Shown piece after piece: positions 8,392 to 17,929 of a stretch of DNA of 64,000 nt; the stretch's first letter is position 1, and each line of letters begins with the position of its first letter. The DNA is taken from contig CBDCTA010000022.1 in assembly GCA_965221955.1 (NCBI GenBank), positions 96,001 to 160,000 of the forward strand, written 5' to 3'. Position numbers and translations under genes: made by a program. The DNA is from Gammaproteobacteria bacterium (GTDB taxonomy: Bacteria > Pseudomonadota > Gammaproteobacteria > UBA4575). The notes beneath the pieces were generated by a model. That model saw only the letters and a program-made list of their open reading frames with translations. It was not told where the DNA came from and did no database searches.

Positions 8392-10203
8392 TTATGTCAG
8401 TGACTCATACATAGACTCGATATCCTCTGCAAAAGTCTTTAGCAGTTGTGGGCGTTTAGTTTTAAGCGTTGGAGTAAGCAGTCCATTTTCTATGCTCCAT
8501 GGTTCTAAGTATAAACTCACACGACGTACTTGTGCATATCCTGGAAATTCGTTTAGGCATTTAGATATACGCTTGATGATGTACTTATGTACGGCAGACT
8601 CTTTCAAACCTTCGCTGTTATTCCTATCTAACTCAAGCTTTTTTGCTAAGTTCTTCCACTCAACTTCACTCAACACTAATAGAGCAGATAAAAAAGGTTT
8701 AGCCTCACCCACAATCATAGCTTGATCAAACAAAGGGTCCGCACAAATAGCGGTTTCCATATCTTGCGGAGATACTTTTTCAGCGTTAGCCAGTACAATG
8801 ATGTCTTTAATACGACCCGTAATATATAAATAGCCTTCATCACTAATAGATACAAGATCACCTGTGTGTAACCAACCCTCTGCATCGATTACTTCATTAG
8901 TAGCTCGTTGATTATTAAAGTAACCTAACATTACGCAGTCGCTTTTAGTACATAACTCACCTTGATCAGTAATTTTAATTTCAATGCCTGGTAGCGGTTT
9001 ACCAATACTGAATGGATCATTATCTTCTTGCCGTCCAACACTAATTGTCGGGCTACTTTCTGTCATGCCATATCCTTGATAAACAGGTATGCCTAAACTG
9101 ATAAAGAATTGTGCAATCGATTTATTTAGTGCGGCACCTCCTGCAATGGCGTAACGAAGCCTTCCGCCTAAACGTTGTTTGATTTTCCCAGCAACTAAGT
9201 AATCAAGCACAGGCCAAAATAATAAACTCCAATGCCAAGTAGCAGCTTTAGTCTGGTATTGAAACCGCCTCCAACCAATCTTTTGTGCTAATTCAAATAT
9301 TTTTTTCTTAATAGGTGATTCTTTTTCTAATGATGCCTGCACTTTTGCATAAATCATTTCATAGATACGCGGGACAGAAATAAAGCTTGTCGGCTTTACT
9401 GCTTGAATATCGTCTGCAAGGGTTTGTATAGAGCGAGCAAAGCATACTTTTGAACCCGCCATCATGGGCAAGTAACAACCTCCCGTGCGTTCCAGGGTGT
9501 GCGACAAAGGCAAAAAAGACAAAAACACATCTTCTATGAAAAACTCACCACATTGCAGTGCAGCGTAAGCATTAGACAGAATATTTTTATGGCTGAGCAT
9601 TACACCTTTGGGTTTTCCAGTTGTACCTGAGGTATACACAATGGTTGCCAGATCATTACTATCGATATCCTCAATTGTAAAATTTGTAGGACTTTCGTTA
9701 GCACCCAACCATTGTCGAAAATTTATTATTTTTTCATTATTTTTATCATAGCTCTCATTTACATCAACATGAATCACGCGTTGCAATGAATCAGAAATAC
9801 TGTGCGCATTAGATAACTCTCGCCATTGATGTTGGTTTTGTAAAAGTAAAATTTTTACCCCAGCATCTTGAACAACATAGGCTACATTTTCAGCACGATC
9901 ATTGGTATACAGAGGTACTGTGACTAAACCACATGCCATAGCGGCAAGATCGAACATAATCCACTCGGGGCAATTACGCAGCATGATCGCTACACGATCA
10001 CCCTTTTTCAGTTGCTCGCATTTTATAGCTTGTTGAATACGTGCAACTTGATCTGCAACATCCCGCCAACTTAGATCACACCATCCTTGCGACTCATCAT
10101 GATAACCATAAGCTATTGCAGTAGAAGAACGAGAAACGCGTTGCAGCAGCAAGCCCGGTAAAGTGTTAGCAAGTTCGGGGGATATGTAATCTGTTTTAGC
10201 CAT
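8392..10203 (-). CDS. long-chain fatty acid--CoA ligase
   Basis: YTSGTTGKPKG, QGYGMTE, GWLHTGD, LLTPTLK motifs. Confidence 0.93.
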   Translation of the reverse strand: MAKTDYISPELANTLPGLLLQRVSRSSTAIAYGYHDESQGWCDLSWRDVADQVARIQQAIKCEQLKKGDRVAIMLRNCPEWIMFDLAAMACGLVTVPLYTNDRAENVAYVVQDAGVKILLLQNQHQWRELSNAHSISDSLQRVIHVDVNESYDKNNEKIINFRQWLGANESPTNFTIEDIDSNDLATIVYTSGTTGKPKGVMLSHKNILSNAYAALQCGEFFIEDVFLSFLPLSHTLERTGGCYLPMMAGSKVCFARSIQTLADDIQAVKPTSFISVPRIYEMIYAKVQASLEKESPIKKKIFELAQKIGWRRFQYQTKAATWHWSLLFWPVLDYLVAGKIKQRLGGRLRYAIAGGAALNKSIAQFFISLGIPVYQGYGMTESSPTISVGRQEDNDPFSIGKPLPGIEIKITDQGELCTKSDCVMLGYFNNQRATNEVIDAEGWLHTGDLVSISDEGYLYITGRIKDIIVLANAEKVSPQDMETAICADPLFDQAMIVGEAKPFLSALLVLSEVEWKNLAKKLELDRNNSEGLKESAVHKYIIKRISKCLNEFPGYAQVRRVSLYLEPWSIENGLLTPTLKTKRPQLLKTFAEDIESMYESLT

Positions 10204-10356
10204 TTTGGTCGTTTGTCATCGCATACCGCTAATAATTTGGGTTAATTAAGCAACAATTACTATGATTAATACCTAATTACCCTTATGGTTGTAGGTTGAA
10301 TTCACACCCTATCGCCCATATATACTAAATAATACCCATAATTGTGGTTTTACAAC

Positions 10357-11418
10357 ATGCCTGAAAACTCCCTAGAAAAATCTACTGAGTTCGCTGTGCC
10401 GTTACATGGCATACCCGAAACAGCTGTCATTCAATCTAATTTACCCGTTTATTCTGCAAAAGAACGTGAAGAAAAAATTGCCAACATAAAGCGATTATTG
10501 AAACGTGAAAATGCAGTATTAGTTGCTCATTATTACACCAACGAAGATTTACAAATGATTGCTGAAGAAACAGGTGGTTATGTTTCTGATTCACTCGAAA
10601 TGGCACGCTTTGGTAATCGTCATCCTGCAACAACTTTAATTGTTGCGGGTGTGCGTTTTATGGGAGAAACCGCAAAAATTTTAAATCCTGAAAAACGCGT
10701 ATTGATGCCAACCCTAGAAGCAACTTGTTCACTTGATTTAGGTTGCCCTGCAAAAGAGTTTGGAGAATTTTGCGATCAGTATCCCGATCACGAAGTAGTG
10801 GTTTACGCAAATACCAGTGCTGAAGTTAAAGCACGTGCAGATTGGGTAGTCACTTCAAGTATTGCATTGAAAGTTGTTTCACACTTAATGGATCAAGGTA
10901 AAAAAATCTTATGGGCACCAGACAAACATCTTGGTCATTACATAGAAAAAGTAACCGGTGCTGATATGGTGTTGTGGCAAGGCGCTTGCGTTGTGCACGA
11001 AGAATTTAAAGCGCGAGGCTTAGGCGAGCTGATTGAAAAACATCCTGATGCCGGAATTCTTGTGCATCCAGAATCACCCGCAGCCGTAATTGAAGTTGCA
11101 GATGTTGTCGGTTCTACCACTGCATTAATCAAAGCAGCAAAAGAACTTCCACATAAAGAATTTATCGTAGCTACCGATAACCGTATTTTCTATAAGATGA
11201 AACAAGAAGCACCAGACAAAACATTCATCGAAGCCCCCACCGCAGGAGAAGGAGCAACCTGTAAAAGTTGTGCACATTGTCCTTGGATGGCCATGAATGG
11301 TTTACATAATCTGGAAGCGGTGCTGGAATCTGGTGAAAACGAAATATTTGTCGATGAAGACATTCGCCAGAAAGCCTTTAGATCAACGAGCCGTATGCTA
11401 GATTTTGTCGCTCATTAA
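10357..11418 (+). CDS. nadA: quinolinate synthase
   Basis: [38 protein letters not shown]; ATG at 10357 chosen. Confidence 0.97.
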   Translation: MPENSLEKSTEFAVPLHGIPETAVIQSNLPVYSAKEREEKIANIKRLLKRENAVLVAHYYTNEDLQMIAEETGGYVSDSLEMARFGNRHPATTLIVAGVRFMGETAKILNPEKRVLMPTLEATCSLDLGCPAKEFGEFCDQYPDHEVVVYANTSAEVKARADWVVTSSIALKVVSHLMDQGKKILWAPDKHLGHYIEKVTGADMVLWQGACVVHEEFKARGLGELIEKHPDAGILVHPESPAAVIEVADVVGSTTALIKAAKELPHKEFIVATDNRIFYKMKQEAPDKTFIEAPTAGEGATCKSCAHCPWMAMNGLHNLEAVLESGENEIFVDEDIRQKAFRSTSRMLDFVAH

Positions 11419-11578
11419 TTACCTTAAAACTACCCTCTATACCTTATATACCCACGAATAATTGAGTTCGTCGCCCGTTCGTACCTTTTGTGCACTAGAC
11501 CCTAAACATTTAGCCAAAATTCACGCAATATCAGGCACTAATCGCTATTTAGAGCCTTGTGTGCTCAATATAAAATTA

Positions 11579-12775
11579 ATGACTGCTCAAGCAACTGTAG
11601 ATATTCAAAACCCTTTATCCCTTCAGCAATTTATTAAATTGTTGCAGAAGCTTCCGCCTGCGCGCATTGCCGAGTTACCCATAGAAAAACTACCCAATAA
11701 TATTCCTGCGGATATTAGTGAAAAGATCCCGATGGCATCAAGAAGTGCTGTGGATGATCTGATCATGACAGCGAATTCTTTTCATCTTAAGCGTCGTATG
11801 CGTGATCAAGAATCTTATGGCAATCATGTGGTATCCGCTTTAGATAAAGCTAAAACCGCAACAGGATCTGCCAATTTACGTGTATTTAAAAACAAAATTT
11901 TATTATTAGTTGAAATGCTGCAATCTGCACAACGTGGCACTAAGAAAATAGGCAATGACACCTTTGTGAAACACATTACTGCGATTAACAACTTATTAAT
12001 CGATGTACGTAGTGAAACGATAGATTTACATGACAGTTTAAATGTTTTAAGCAAGGCAAAGCCTGTCAATGATGAAGATAAGAAAAGATTTGATACTTCG
12101 ATTCGCACACTGAAAAAAGAAACGCTTTCTGTTGGAAAAATTCTTTCCGAGTATTACATCCTGCGTTTGAAAGTTTTAGCACGTGCTATTCATCAAAAAC
12201 GCAAACTGATCGAAACTCGTGAAGAAACCACCCAGCTTAAACAACAAGAGCTTGAACAACTACAAGCCGATCTTCGTGAAGCGCAAACTTTATGGAAGCG
12301 CACCATGAAGCGCAAAAAAACCAAAGATGAGACCAAAGAGGTTCAACAACGTATTTATGATTTAGTTAACGAAATTAAATCCAGCGAAGTAGTTATTGCT
12401 GAAAGTGATTTGATTTTATGGTTAGACGCAATTGTGGAAGCTAGTTTGAACGAAGATTCTAAACAGCGAGTCACTAAATCATTACGTCAAGCGAGAATTT
12501 CTTTATTCTACTTACTGAATAAATTCTGTGCTTCGCAAGAAGCTTCGGCAATTCAGATTGCTAAAAACCCTTTCATTCAAGTCGACCCTGAAAAAGCGAT
12601 TAAATTTGTATTAATGTCTGAGCAATTCATTTTGAATTACTTCACTAAAAAGAAAAATACCGCTACTGCTTGGTTAAGCGGTGCCGCTGAAAATAAGATC
12701 GCAGAACTCGACCAATTACAAAAAGATATTCTTACTGAGCTAAGAAGAGCTAGTAAGACAATGTTTAAGCTTTGA
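11579..12775 (+). CDS. hypothetical coiled-coil protein
   Basis: Long open frame (ORF track from 11462; first ATG at 11579), helical K/E/Q/L-rich, no recognised domain. Confidence 0.75.
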   Translation: MTAQATVDIQNPLSLQQFIKLLQKLPPARIAELPIEKLPNNIPADISEKIPMASRSAVDDLIMTANSFHLKRRMRDQESYGNHVVSALDKAKTATGSANLRVFKNKILLLVEMLQSAQRGTKKIGNDTFVKHITAINNLLIDVRSETIDLHDSLNVLSKAKPVNDEDKKRFDTSIRTLKKETLSVGKILSEYYILRLKVLARAIHQKRKLIETREETTQLKQQELEQLQADLREAQTLWKRTMKRKKTKDETKEVQQRIYDLVNEIKSSEVVIAESDLILWLDAIVEASLNEDSKQRVTKSLRQARISLFYLLNKFCASQEASAIQIAKNPFIQVDPEKAIKFVLMSEQFILNYFTKKKNTATAWLSGAAENKIAELDQLQKDILTELRRASKTMFKL

Positions 12776-12857
12776 TTTAAACTTACTCAAATCAAACTAA
12801 TACGGTTTAAGTTCCTTATTTTATAAAGCGAACACATTTAGCCAGTAGTAGACCTAA

Positions 12858-13022
12858 TTACTTATGCTCCTTTGCTAGGAATCTTCTATATGATTCCAGC
12901 AAGGCTAATAACACTCCTAATATAACTATCACAGGAATATAGCTATCTCTTGGATCTAAAAACCAAGCAACTACTAATATTAACTCAATACATAATAGTC
13001 CCAAATTAATTATTGCAAACAA
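12858..13022 (-). CDS. small two-TM membrane protein (54 aa, not in ORF track)
   Basis: AGAAAGGA SD then TTG; MFAIINLGLLCIELILVVAWFLDPRDSYIPVIVILGVLLALLESYRRFLAKEHK. Confidence 0.55.
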   Translation of the reverse strand: MFAIINLGLLCIELILVVAWFLDPRDSYIPVIVILGVLLALLESYRRFLAKEHK

Positions 13023-13119
13023 TTAAGTATCCTTTCTGATGCCGAATTCAGAAAATTATTTCGGACATATTAACCTATAACGATAATTTTATTTTTACTT
13101 TATATGGTGTGCATTGAGG

Positions 13120-13533
13120 TCACTCAGGTAACTCATCACCCTCTTCAGAAAGACTCAGCGTTTCAATTTCATTTGAAGACTCAGAACTTTGTTCAGTCTG
13201 AGCATCAGCTTCAGGTATTTGCTCTTTTTTAATAGCTTCTTCTTCGAGTAATTTCTGATGCTCTTGCGAAATGTATAACAAGGAAATTATGGATACCGCT
13301 GCAATAGCAACAGCGAGAACTTGCGCGATTACCCAAGCTTTGGTTTTCAACTTATGCACAAACCAATAAAACAACCAGCTAAAAAGAATAAAAACTAAGA
13401 TAGTGAACCAATAGGTTGCAACCGTAATGGAGTCAACATTATAGCCACTGTCATCTAGCCGCATGTATAACCACCAACCAATGGTTAGCAGAACAATCGT
13501 GATAACAACGTGCAATATAAAACGTGCTGGCAT
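13120..13533 (-). CDS. hypothetical three-TM membrane protein with acidic tail
   Basis: Three hydrophobic segments, acidic C-terminus; directly downstream of ycgL. Confidence 0.7.
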   Translation of the reverse strand: MPARFILHVVITIVLLTIGWWLYMRLDDSGYNVDSITVATYWFTILVFILFSWLFYWFVHKLKTKAWVIAQVLAVAIAAVSIISLLYISQEHQKLLEEEAIKKEQIPEADAQTEQSSESSNEIETLSLSEEGDELPE

Positions 13534-13545
13534 GGTATTTTGAGG

Positions 13546-13791
13546 TTAAATAGGTAGATTATTTTTAGCTGGCATTTGCAAATAATAGCCTTGTTCGCTA
13601 ATGCTATGTATTACTTGTTTGGCATCTGCTAAGGCAAGTTTTCGGCTTTCAGTTAACTCAAATTCGAGTGTAAACTCAGGTATGCCAAATAATAACAATA
13701 ATTGTTGTGGAAGTTTTTCAAAGTCGCCTTTACGATCTAAATAAAGATAGCTATCCGGCTTTTTAGTGCTTTTATATACATAACATTTCAT
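13546..13791 (-). CDS. ycgL: YcgL domain protein
   Basis: CYVYKSTKKPDSYLY...LPQQLLLLFG...QGYYLQMP. Confidence 0.9.
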   Translation of the reverse strand: MKCYVYKSTKKPDSYLYLDRKGDFEKLPQQLLLLFGIPEFTLEFELTESRKLALADAKQVIHSISEQGYYLQMPAKNNLPI

Positions 13792-13907
13792 TTATATATA
13801 AAAACTTAGGTGGCTAACAAAGTCAATATAGGCCATTACCTAGATACTGAACATCCAGGTCATAATTGACATATTTATTGCAGAAAAAGTTTTGATAACT
13901 TAAGCAA

Positions 13908-14255
13908 GCATAGGGATATGCGAATATGGTATCCATCAGGGATGATGCAACAAATGAAGTCATTGCGAGCAGCCATTAGGTTGCGATGCAATCCAGTATT
14001 CATAAGATACAATGTTGTTTTTTGCTCTCTCTGTTAAGTATTTATTCTTTTTTTGATTTAATTCCTTAGAGAGCAAGGTACTTTTTTGTTTAGCCAATAA
14101 CGAGTACAGGATGTATGAGTAAGAGAATGCATCATGGATGATGCATATAAACTCTAATTTCTTCCCCCAAAAGCATTGCTCTAATAGCACTTAATTCTTC
14201 AAATGCTCGATATCGAGAGAGACCATGCGAATATGAGGTGCTTGGATAGCGCGGA
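13908..14255 (+). ncRNA. candidate CsrB/RsmZ-like CsrA-titrating sRNA region
   Basis: Five hairpins with GGA in the loop (13908-13921, 13934-13947, 14105-14115, 14127-14146, 14238-14252); ends uncertain, no clear terminator. Confidence 0.5.
13959..13996. repeat. REP-like palindromic element remnant
   Basis: GTCATTGCGAG-CAGCCATTAGGTTG-CGATGCAATCCAG resembles the widespread GTCATTGCGAG...CGAAGCAATC intergenic repeats; single copy in window. Confidence 0.45.
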
Positions 14256-14278
14256 CAAATTAAAGTTAGAGTTATCAG

Positions 14279-15007
14279 TTACTCTGTGCTCTCTACGGTT
14301 GGTGTAACTATTGGAGCCTCAAGAATTTTCTTAGGTTTTGTGTATCGAACCACCGATTGTATTTGTTCGAATGTATACTCGTATGAAATCGTTCCACCAC
14401 CTGCTTGCTGTTCAACGGTGATTGAATCCTCAGACGTTTTTACCAAAGTCCCTGCTTGCTTAGTGCCATCGTTAAACGTGACTTCTATATTCGCGCCGAT
14501 TGATGCACTTACATTTTCTATTGGTACATGCACAGCCCGCGGCTTCGCTTGACTAACTTTAACGGTCTCATCTTCTTTGGGCGCTAATGGCTCAATTTCC
14601 TTAGAAGTAAATCGATCTTTATCTGTACTCAATACCGGATCATAATCATCCTCGTCTTCTAACTCGACTTGAGCTGCAGCTTCTTCATTTGGTAACGGCT
14701 CATCGGCAGGTGTAGCCGTAGGGATATTACTTACGATTTCATTGTCACTCAGCATAGGGATCGTTTGCAATGCTCCACCATAAACACCTATTCCTGCCAT
14801 CACAAGACCAACCAAGGACATTGCAAAACCATTACGAGCTTGGCTGTTTGCCCATTTCACAAAACTGTAAACAGGCACAAAAAGCGGTGGCACAATCATT
14901 ACTAATAAGCCCCACACAACACTTTCTTTGAAAGCATCTAGCAGTACCATGATCATACCCACTAAAAGAAGCAGTAACGCAAGAATTAAAACAATTTGAG
15001 CTAACAT
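14279..15007 (-). CDS. hypothetical membrane protein with C-terminal beta-rich domain
   Basis: Three N-terminal TMs (AFKESVVWGLL), acidic linker, C-terminal Sm-like pattern. Confidence 0.75.
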   Translation of the reverse strand: MLAQIVLILALLLLLVGMIMVLLDAFKESVVWGLLVMIVPPLFVPVYSFVKWANSQARNGFAMSLVGLVMAGIGVYGGALQTIPMLSDNEIVSNIPTATPADEPLPNEEAAAQVELEDEDDYDPVLSTDKDRFTSKEIEPLAPKEDETVKVSQAKPRAVHVPIENVSASIGANIEVTFNDGTKQAGTLVKTSEDSITVEQQAGGGTISYEYTFEQIQSVVRYTKPKKILEAPIVTPTVESTE

Positions 15008-15043
15008 CGTATGTACATTTCCCTAAATTGATCGGCGACTATT

Positions 15044-16951
15044 TTAAACCAGATAGCTATTTGCTTGTAATGAGGACTCAAGTTCTTTCAAAACACATTG
15101 TTTAATCTTTTCAGACATATTGTTATGTGAGAGCTTATCCTGCCAAAGCTTACGCATACTATGCGTATTTATATGCAAATAAGATAGTATTTCCGCTACG
15201 GTATCTCCAGGCTCTTTGTCACATATTTGATAAGACCCATCCTCGTTTATCGCTATATTTACCGCGTTTGTATCACCAAACAAATTATGCATATCTCCAA
15301 GAATTTCCTGATAGGCACCTACCAGAAATATACCTAATATATAGTCTTGCCCAGGCGAACATTCATGCAATGATAAATAGGGTTGAATTCCACCATCCTG
15401 TGCATAGTGATCAATGCGCCCATCTGAATCACAGGTTAAATCATAGATACGTGATTTAATTGTTGGTCGTTCGTCAAGCCTATGCAAAGGCATGATTGGG
15501 AATATTTGCTGTAAACCCCAAACATCAGGTGTGGATTGAAACAATGAAAAATTACAAAAATATTTAGCAACTAATTTATCTTCTATAACAAGTCTCTGCT
15601 CTTCGCCCAACCCTCCATCACTATTTAGAAATATTAGATAGCTATAAACAGTAAGCTTTTCTGCTATAGCTTTATCTGTCAACGTTAACTTACCAAAAGA
15701 AAACTCCAACTCGATATTTTCTATCAACTTTTCTAAATTAAGATAGTGCTCACCAAACTGTTTCGGATTTTCACAGTTCTGCAAGCGTACTTTAAGTTCT
15801 TCAACTGTATTAATTAGCGCATTTAAGTTGGCATTAGAAGTTTCTGAGCCTAACAACGTTTCATATTCACTCTCTGAATTTACATGTTGGCCCTCAACAT
15901 CGATTACATCTGTTAATAACACCGCATGATATGCAGTCATCGCGCGACCATTTTCACTGAAGATATCTGGCATTTTTAAGGAATGCTTTTCACAACACTC
16001 TTTAACAGTATTTACAATTACATCAGCATACTCTTGTATTGAGTAGTCCATGGAAAAATATCGATCAGATTTACTACCTTCATAATCCACAGCTAAACCA
16101 CCACCAATATTAAGCTGTTGAAACTCAACTCCATGTTGCAATAACTGTTGAAAATAATGCATTGCCTCTGTCATGCCGGATTGAATATCGCTCAAACATG
16201 GAATTTGCGAACCCATATGAAAATGCAACATTTTCATCCAACTAAGCATGTTTTTTTCTCGTAATGCACTTACTAATTCCAGCACTTCATTTGAGGTCAA
16301 ACCAAATTTTGAATGTTCACCGCCCGTATTTTGCCAATTCCCTTTCGCGATCGATGATAAACGTACTCGCATGCCTAAACGTGCTTGCACTTCTAGTTGT
16401 GCGCAATGCTCTACTACATATTTATATTCAGTCAGACTTTCCAATACAATAATAACTTCATGCCCTAACAAACCACCTAACAACGCCAAGCGAATATATG
16501 ATTCGTCTTTATAGCCATTACAGATAATGGTTTGTGATTTTTGTGCTGTTCCATAACAAGCCATTAATTCAGCTTTACTACCCACCTCAAAGGCTATTGG
16601 CCATTGAGTCTGTTGCTGAAAATGTTGGATAACAGTGGCTTGCTGGTTAACCTTAATCGGATATGCAGCAATATATTTCCCAATGTAACAGTTTGCTTGA
16701 AATGCCTGTTCAAAAGCTGAACTTAAATCATGCAAAGATTGTTGCAAAACCTGTGGAAAACGCACCAGTGTTGGTAAAGATATACCTTGCTGTTTAAGCG
16801 CCTTACTTAAAGCATACAGATCCAACCCAGCACTCGGGATTTTTACGATCACATTACCTTGGTCATTGATATCAAAGTACTCCATCCCCCAGCTATCAAC
16901 ACGATAGTGCTTCTTTGCAGCTTCAATATCCCACAATTTTTGACTACTCAT
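15044..16951 (-). CDS. speA: biosynthetic arginine decarboxylase
   Basis: YPIKVNQQ, EVGSKAEL, CNGYKD, HFHMGSQI, TCDSDG, GAYQEILG. Confidence 0.97.
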   Translation of the reverse strand: MSSQKLWDIEAAKKHYRVDSWGMEYFDINDQGNVIVKIPSAGLDLYALSKALKQQGISLPTLVRFPQVLQQSLHDLSSAFEQAFQANCYIGKYIAAYPIKVNQQATVIQHFQQQTQWPIAFEVGSKAELMACYGTAQKSQTIICNGYKDESYIRLALLGGLLGHEVIIVLESLTEYKYVVEHCAQLEVQARLGMRVRLSSIAKGNWQNTGGEHSKFGLTSNEVLELVSALREKNMLSWMKMLHFHMGSQIPCLSDIQSGMTEAMHYFQQLLQHGVEFQQLNIGGGLAVDYEGSKSDRYFSMDYSIQEYADVIVNTVKECCEKHSLKMPDIFSENGRAMTAYHAVLLTDVIDVEGQHVNSESEYETLLGSETSNANLNALINTVEELKVRLQNCENPKQFGEHYLNLEKLIENIELEFSFGKLTLTDKAIAEKLTVYSYLIFLNSDGGLGEEQRLVIEDKLVAKYFCNFSLFQSTPDVWGLQQIFPIMPLHRLDERPTIKSRIYDLTCDSDGRIDHYAQDGGIQPYLSLHECSPGQDYILGIFLVGAYQEILGDMHNLFGDTNAVNIAINEDGSYQICDKEPGDTVAEILSYLHINTHSMRKLWQDKLSHNNMSEKIKQCVLKELESSLQANSYLV

Positions 16952-17028
16952 TAAGATTAGACTTTTTTGTATATTTTTATTTACAGTACGCGACTGACAA
17001 ACAACTCTGAAATTTCTAGGGCTATAAA

Positions 17029-17889
17029 ATGCAGAATAATAACTGGTTTACTGAAGAATGTAGTGAATGTGGCACAGCATTTTCACTAGAGATCGAGAAA
17101 AAACTGCACGAGGAACAATCTGCATTTCAAAAAATAGAAATTTACGCAACCAAAAATTTTGGCAATCTTATGGTAATAGACGGTTTTGTTATGTTAACGG
17201 AACGTGACAATTTTATATACCACGAGATGCTGTCTCACCCCGCCTTATTCAGTCACCCTCAACCAGCAGATGTGCTCATCGTTGGTGGTGGTGACTGTGG
17301 CACACTTCGCGAAGTGGCTAAACATCAGTGCGTAAAAAATATCACTCAAGTCGAAATTGATCGGCGTGTGACTGAGCTTTCTAAACAATATTTTTCCCAG
17401 CTTTGTGATACAAACTATGATCCTCGTGTGCAATTAGTATTCGATGATGCTATTCAATGGGTAAAAAATGCAGCTGCTAATTCACTCGATTTGATTATTG
17501 TAGATAGCACTGACCCTATTGGCCCTGCAAAAGGCTTATTTTCTACCCCATTTTACAAAGATTGTGTACGTGTACTAAAAGATAACGGCTTGATCGTTCA
17601 ACAAAGTGAATCACCCTTAGTTCATCTTGAGAGTATTATTCAACCGATGCATCAATGCATGCGTACGGCCGGTTTTAATCAAGTGCAATTAATGCATTTC
17701 CCTATCGCCACCTATCCCACAGGTTGGTGGACTGCAACTCTCGCAAGTAAAGAACCCATCATTAACTTTACGCGTGAAGCGGAAGTACGTGAGCTACAAT
17801 TCTCAACTCAGTATTACAATCACGCTATACATCATGCTTGCTTTGCAGCGCCAGAGTTTATTAGGAACAAATTAAGCGCCTCGTTATGA
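17029..17889 (+). CDS. speE: polyamine aminopropyltransferase (spermidine synthase)
   Basis: YHEMLSHP, VLIVGGGDCGTLRE, IVDSTDPIGPA. Confidence 0.95.
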   Translation: MQNNNWFTEECSECGTAFSLEIEKKLHEEQSAFQKIEIYATKNFGNLMVIDGFVMLTERDNFIYHEMLSHPALFSHPQPADVLIVGGGDCGTLREVAKHQCVKNITQVEIDRRVTELSKQYFSQLCDTNYDPRVQLVFDDAIQWVKNAAANSLDLIIVDSTDPIGPAKGLFSTPFYKDCVRVLKDNGLIVQQSESPLVHLESIIQPMHQCMRTAGFNQVQLMHFPIATYPTGWWTATLASKEPIINFTREAEVRELQFSTQYYNHAIHHACFAAPEFIRNKLSASL

Positions 17890-17898
17890 GGCGCTTAA
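17872..17898. terminator. hairpin between convergent speE and amtB
   Basis: TTAAGCGCCTC-GTTAT-GAGGCGCTTAA perfect 11-bp stem. Confidence 0.7.
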
Positions 17899-17929
17899 CT
17901 ATTGTCCCTCAAGTATTTAGGAGGAGTAT

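Noticed and set aside
13960-14190. 76-aa minus-strand ORF
   Set aside because: No SD or recognisable protein features; overlaps the hairpin and REP-like non-coding structures
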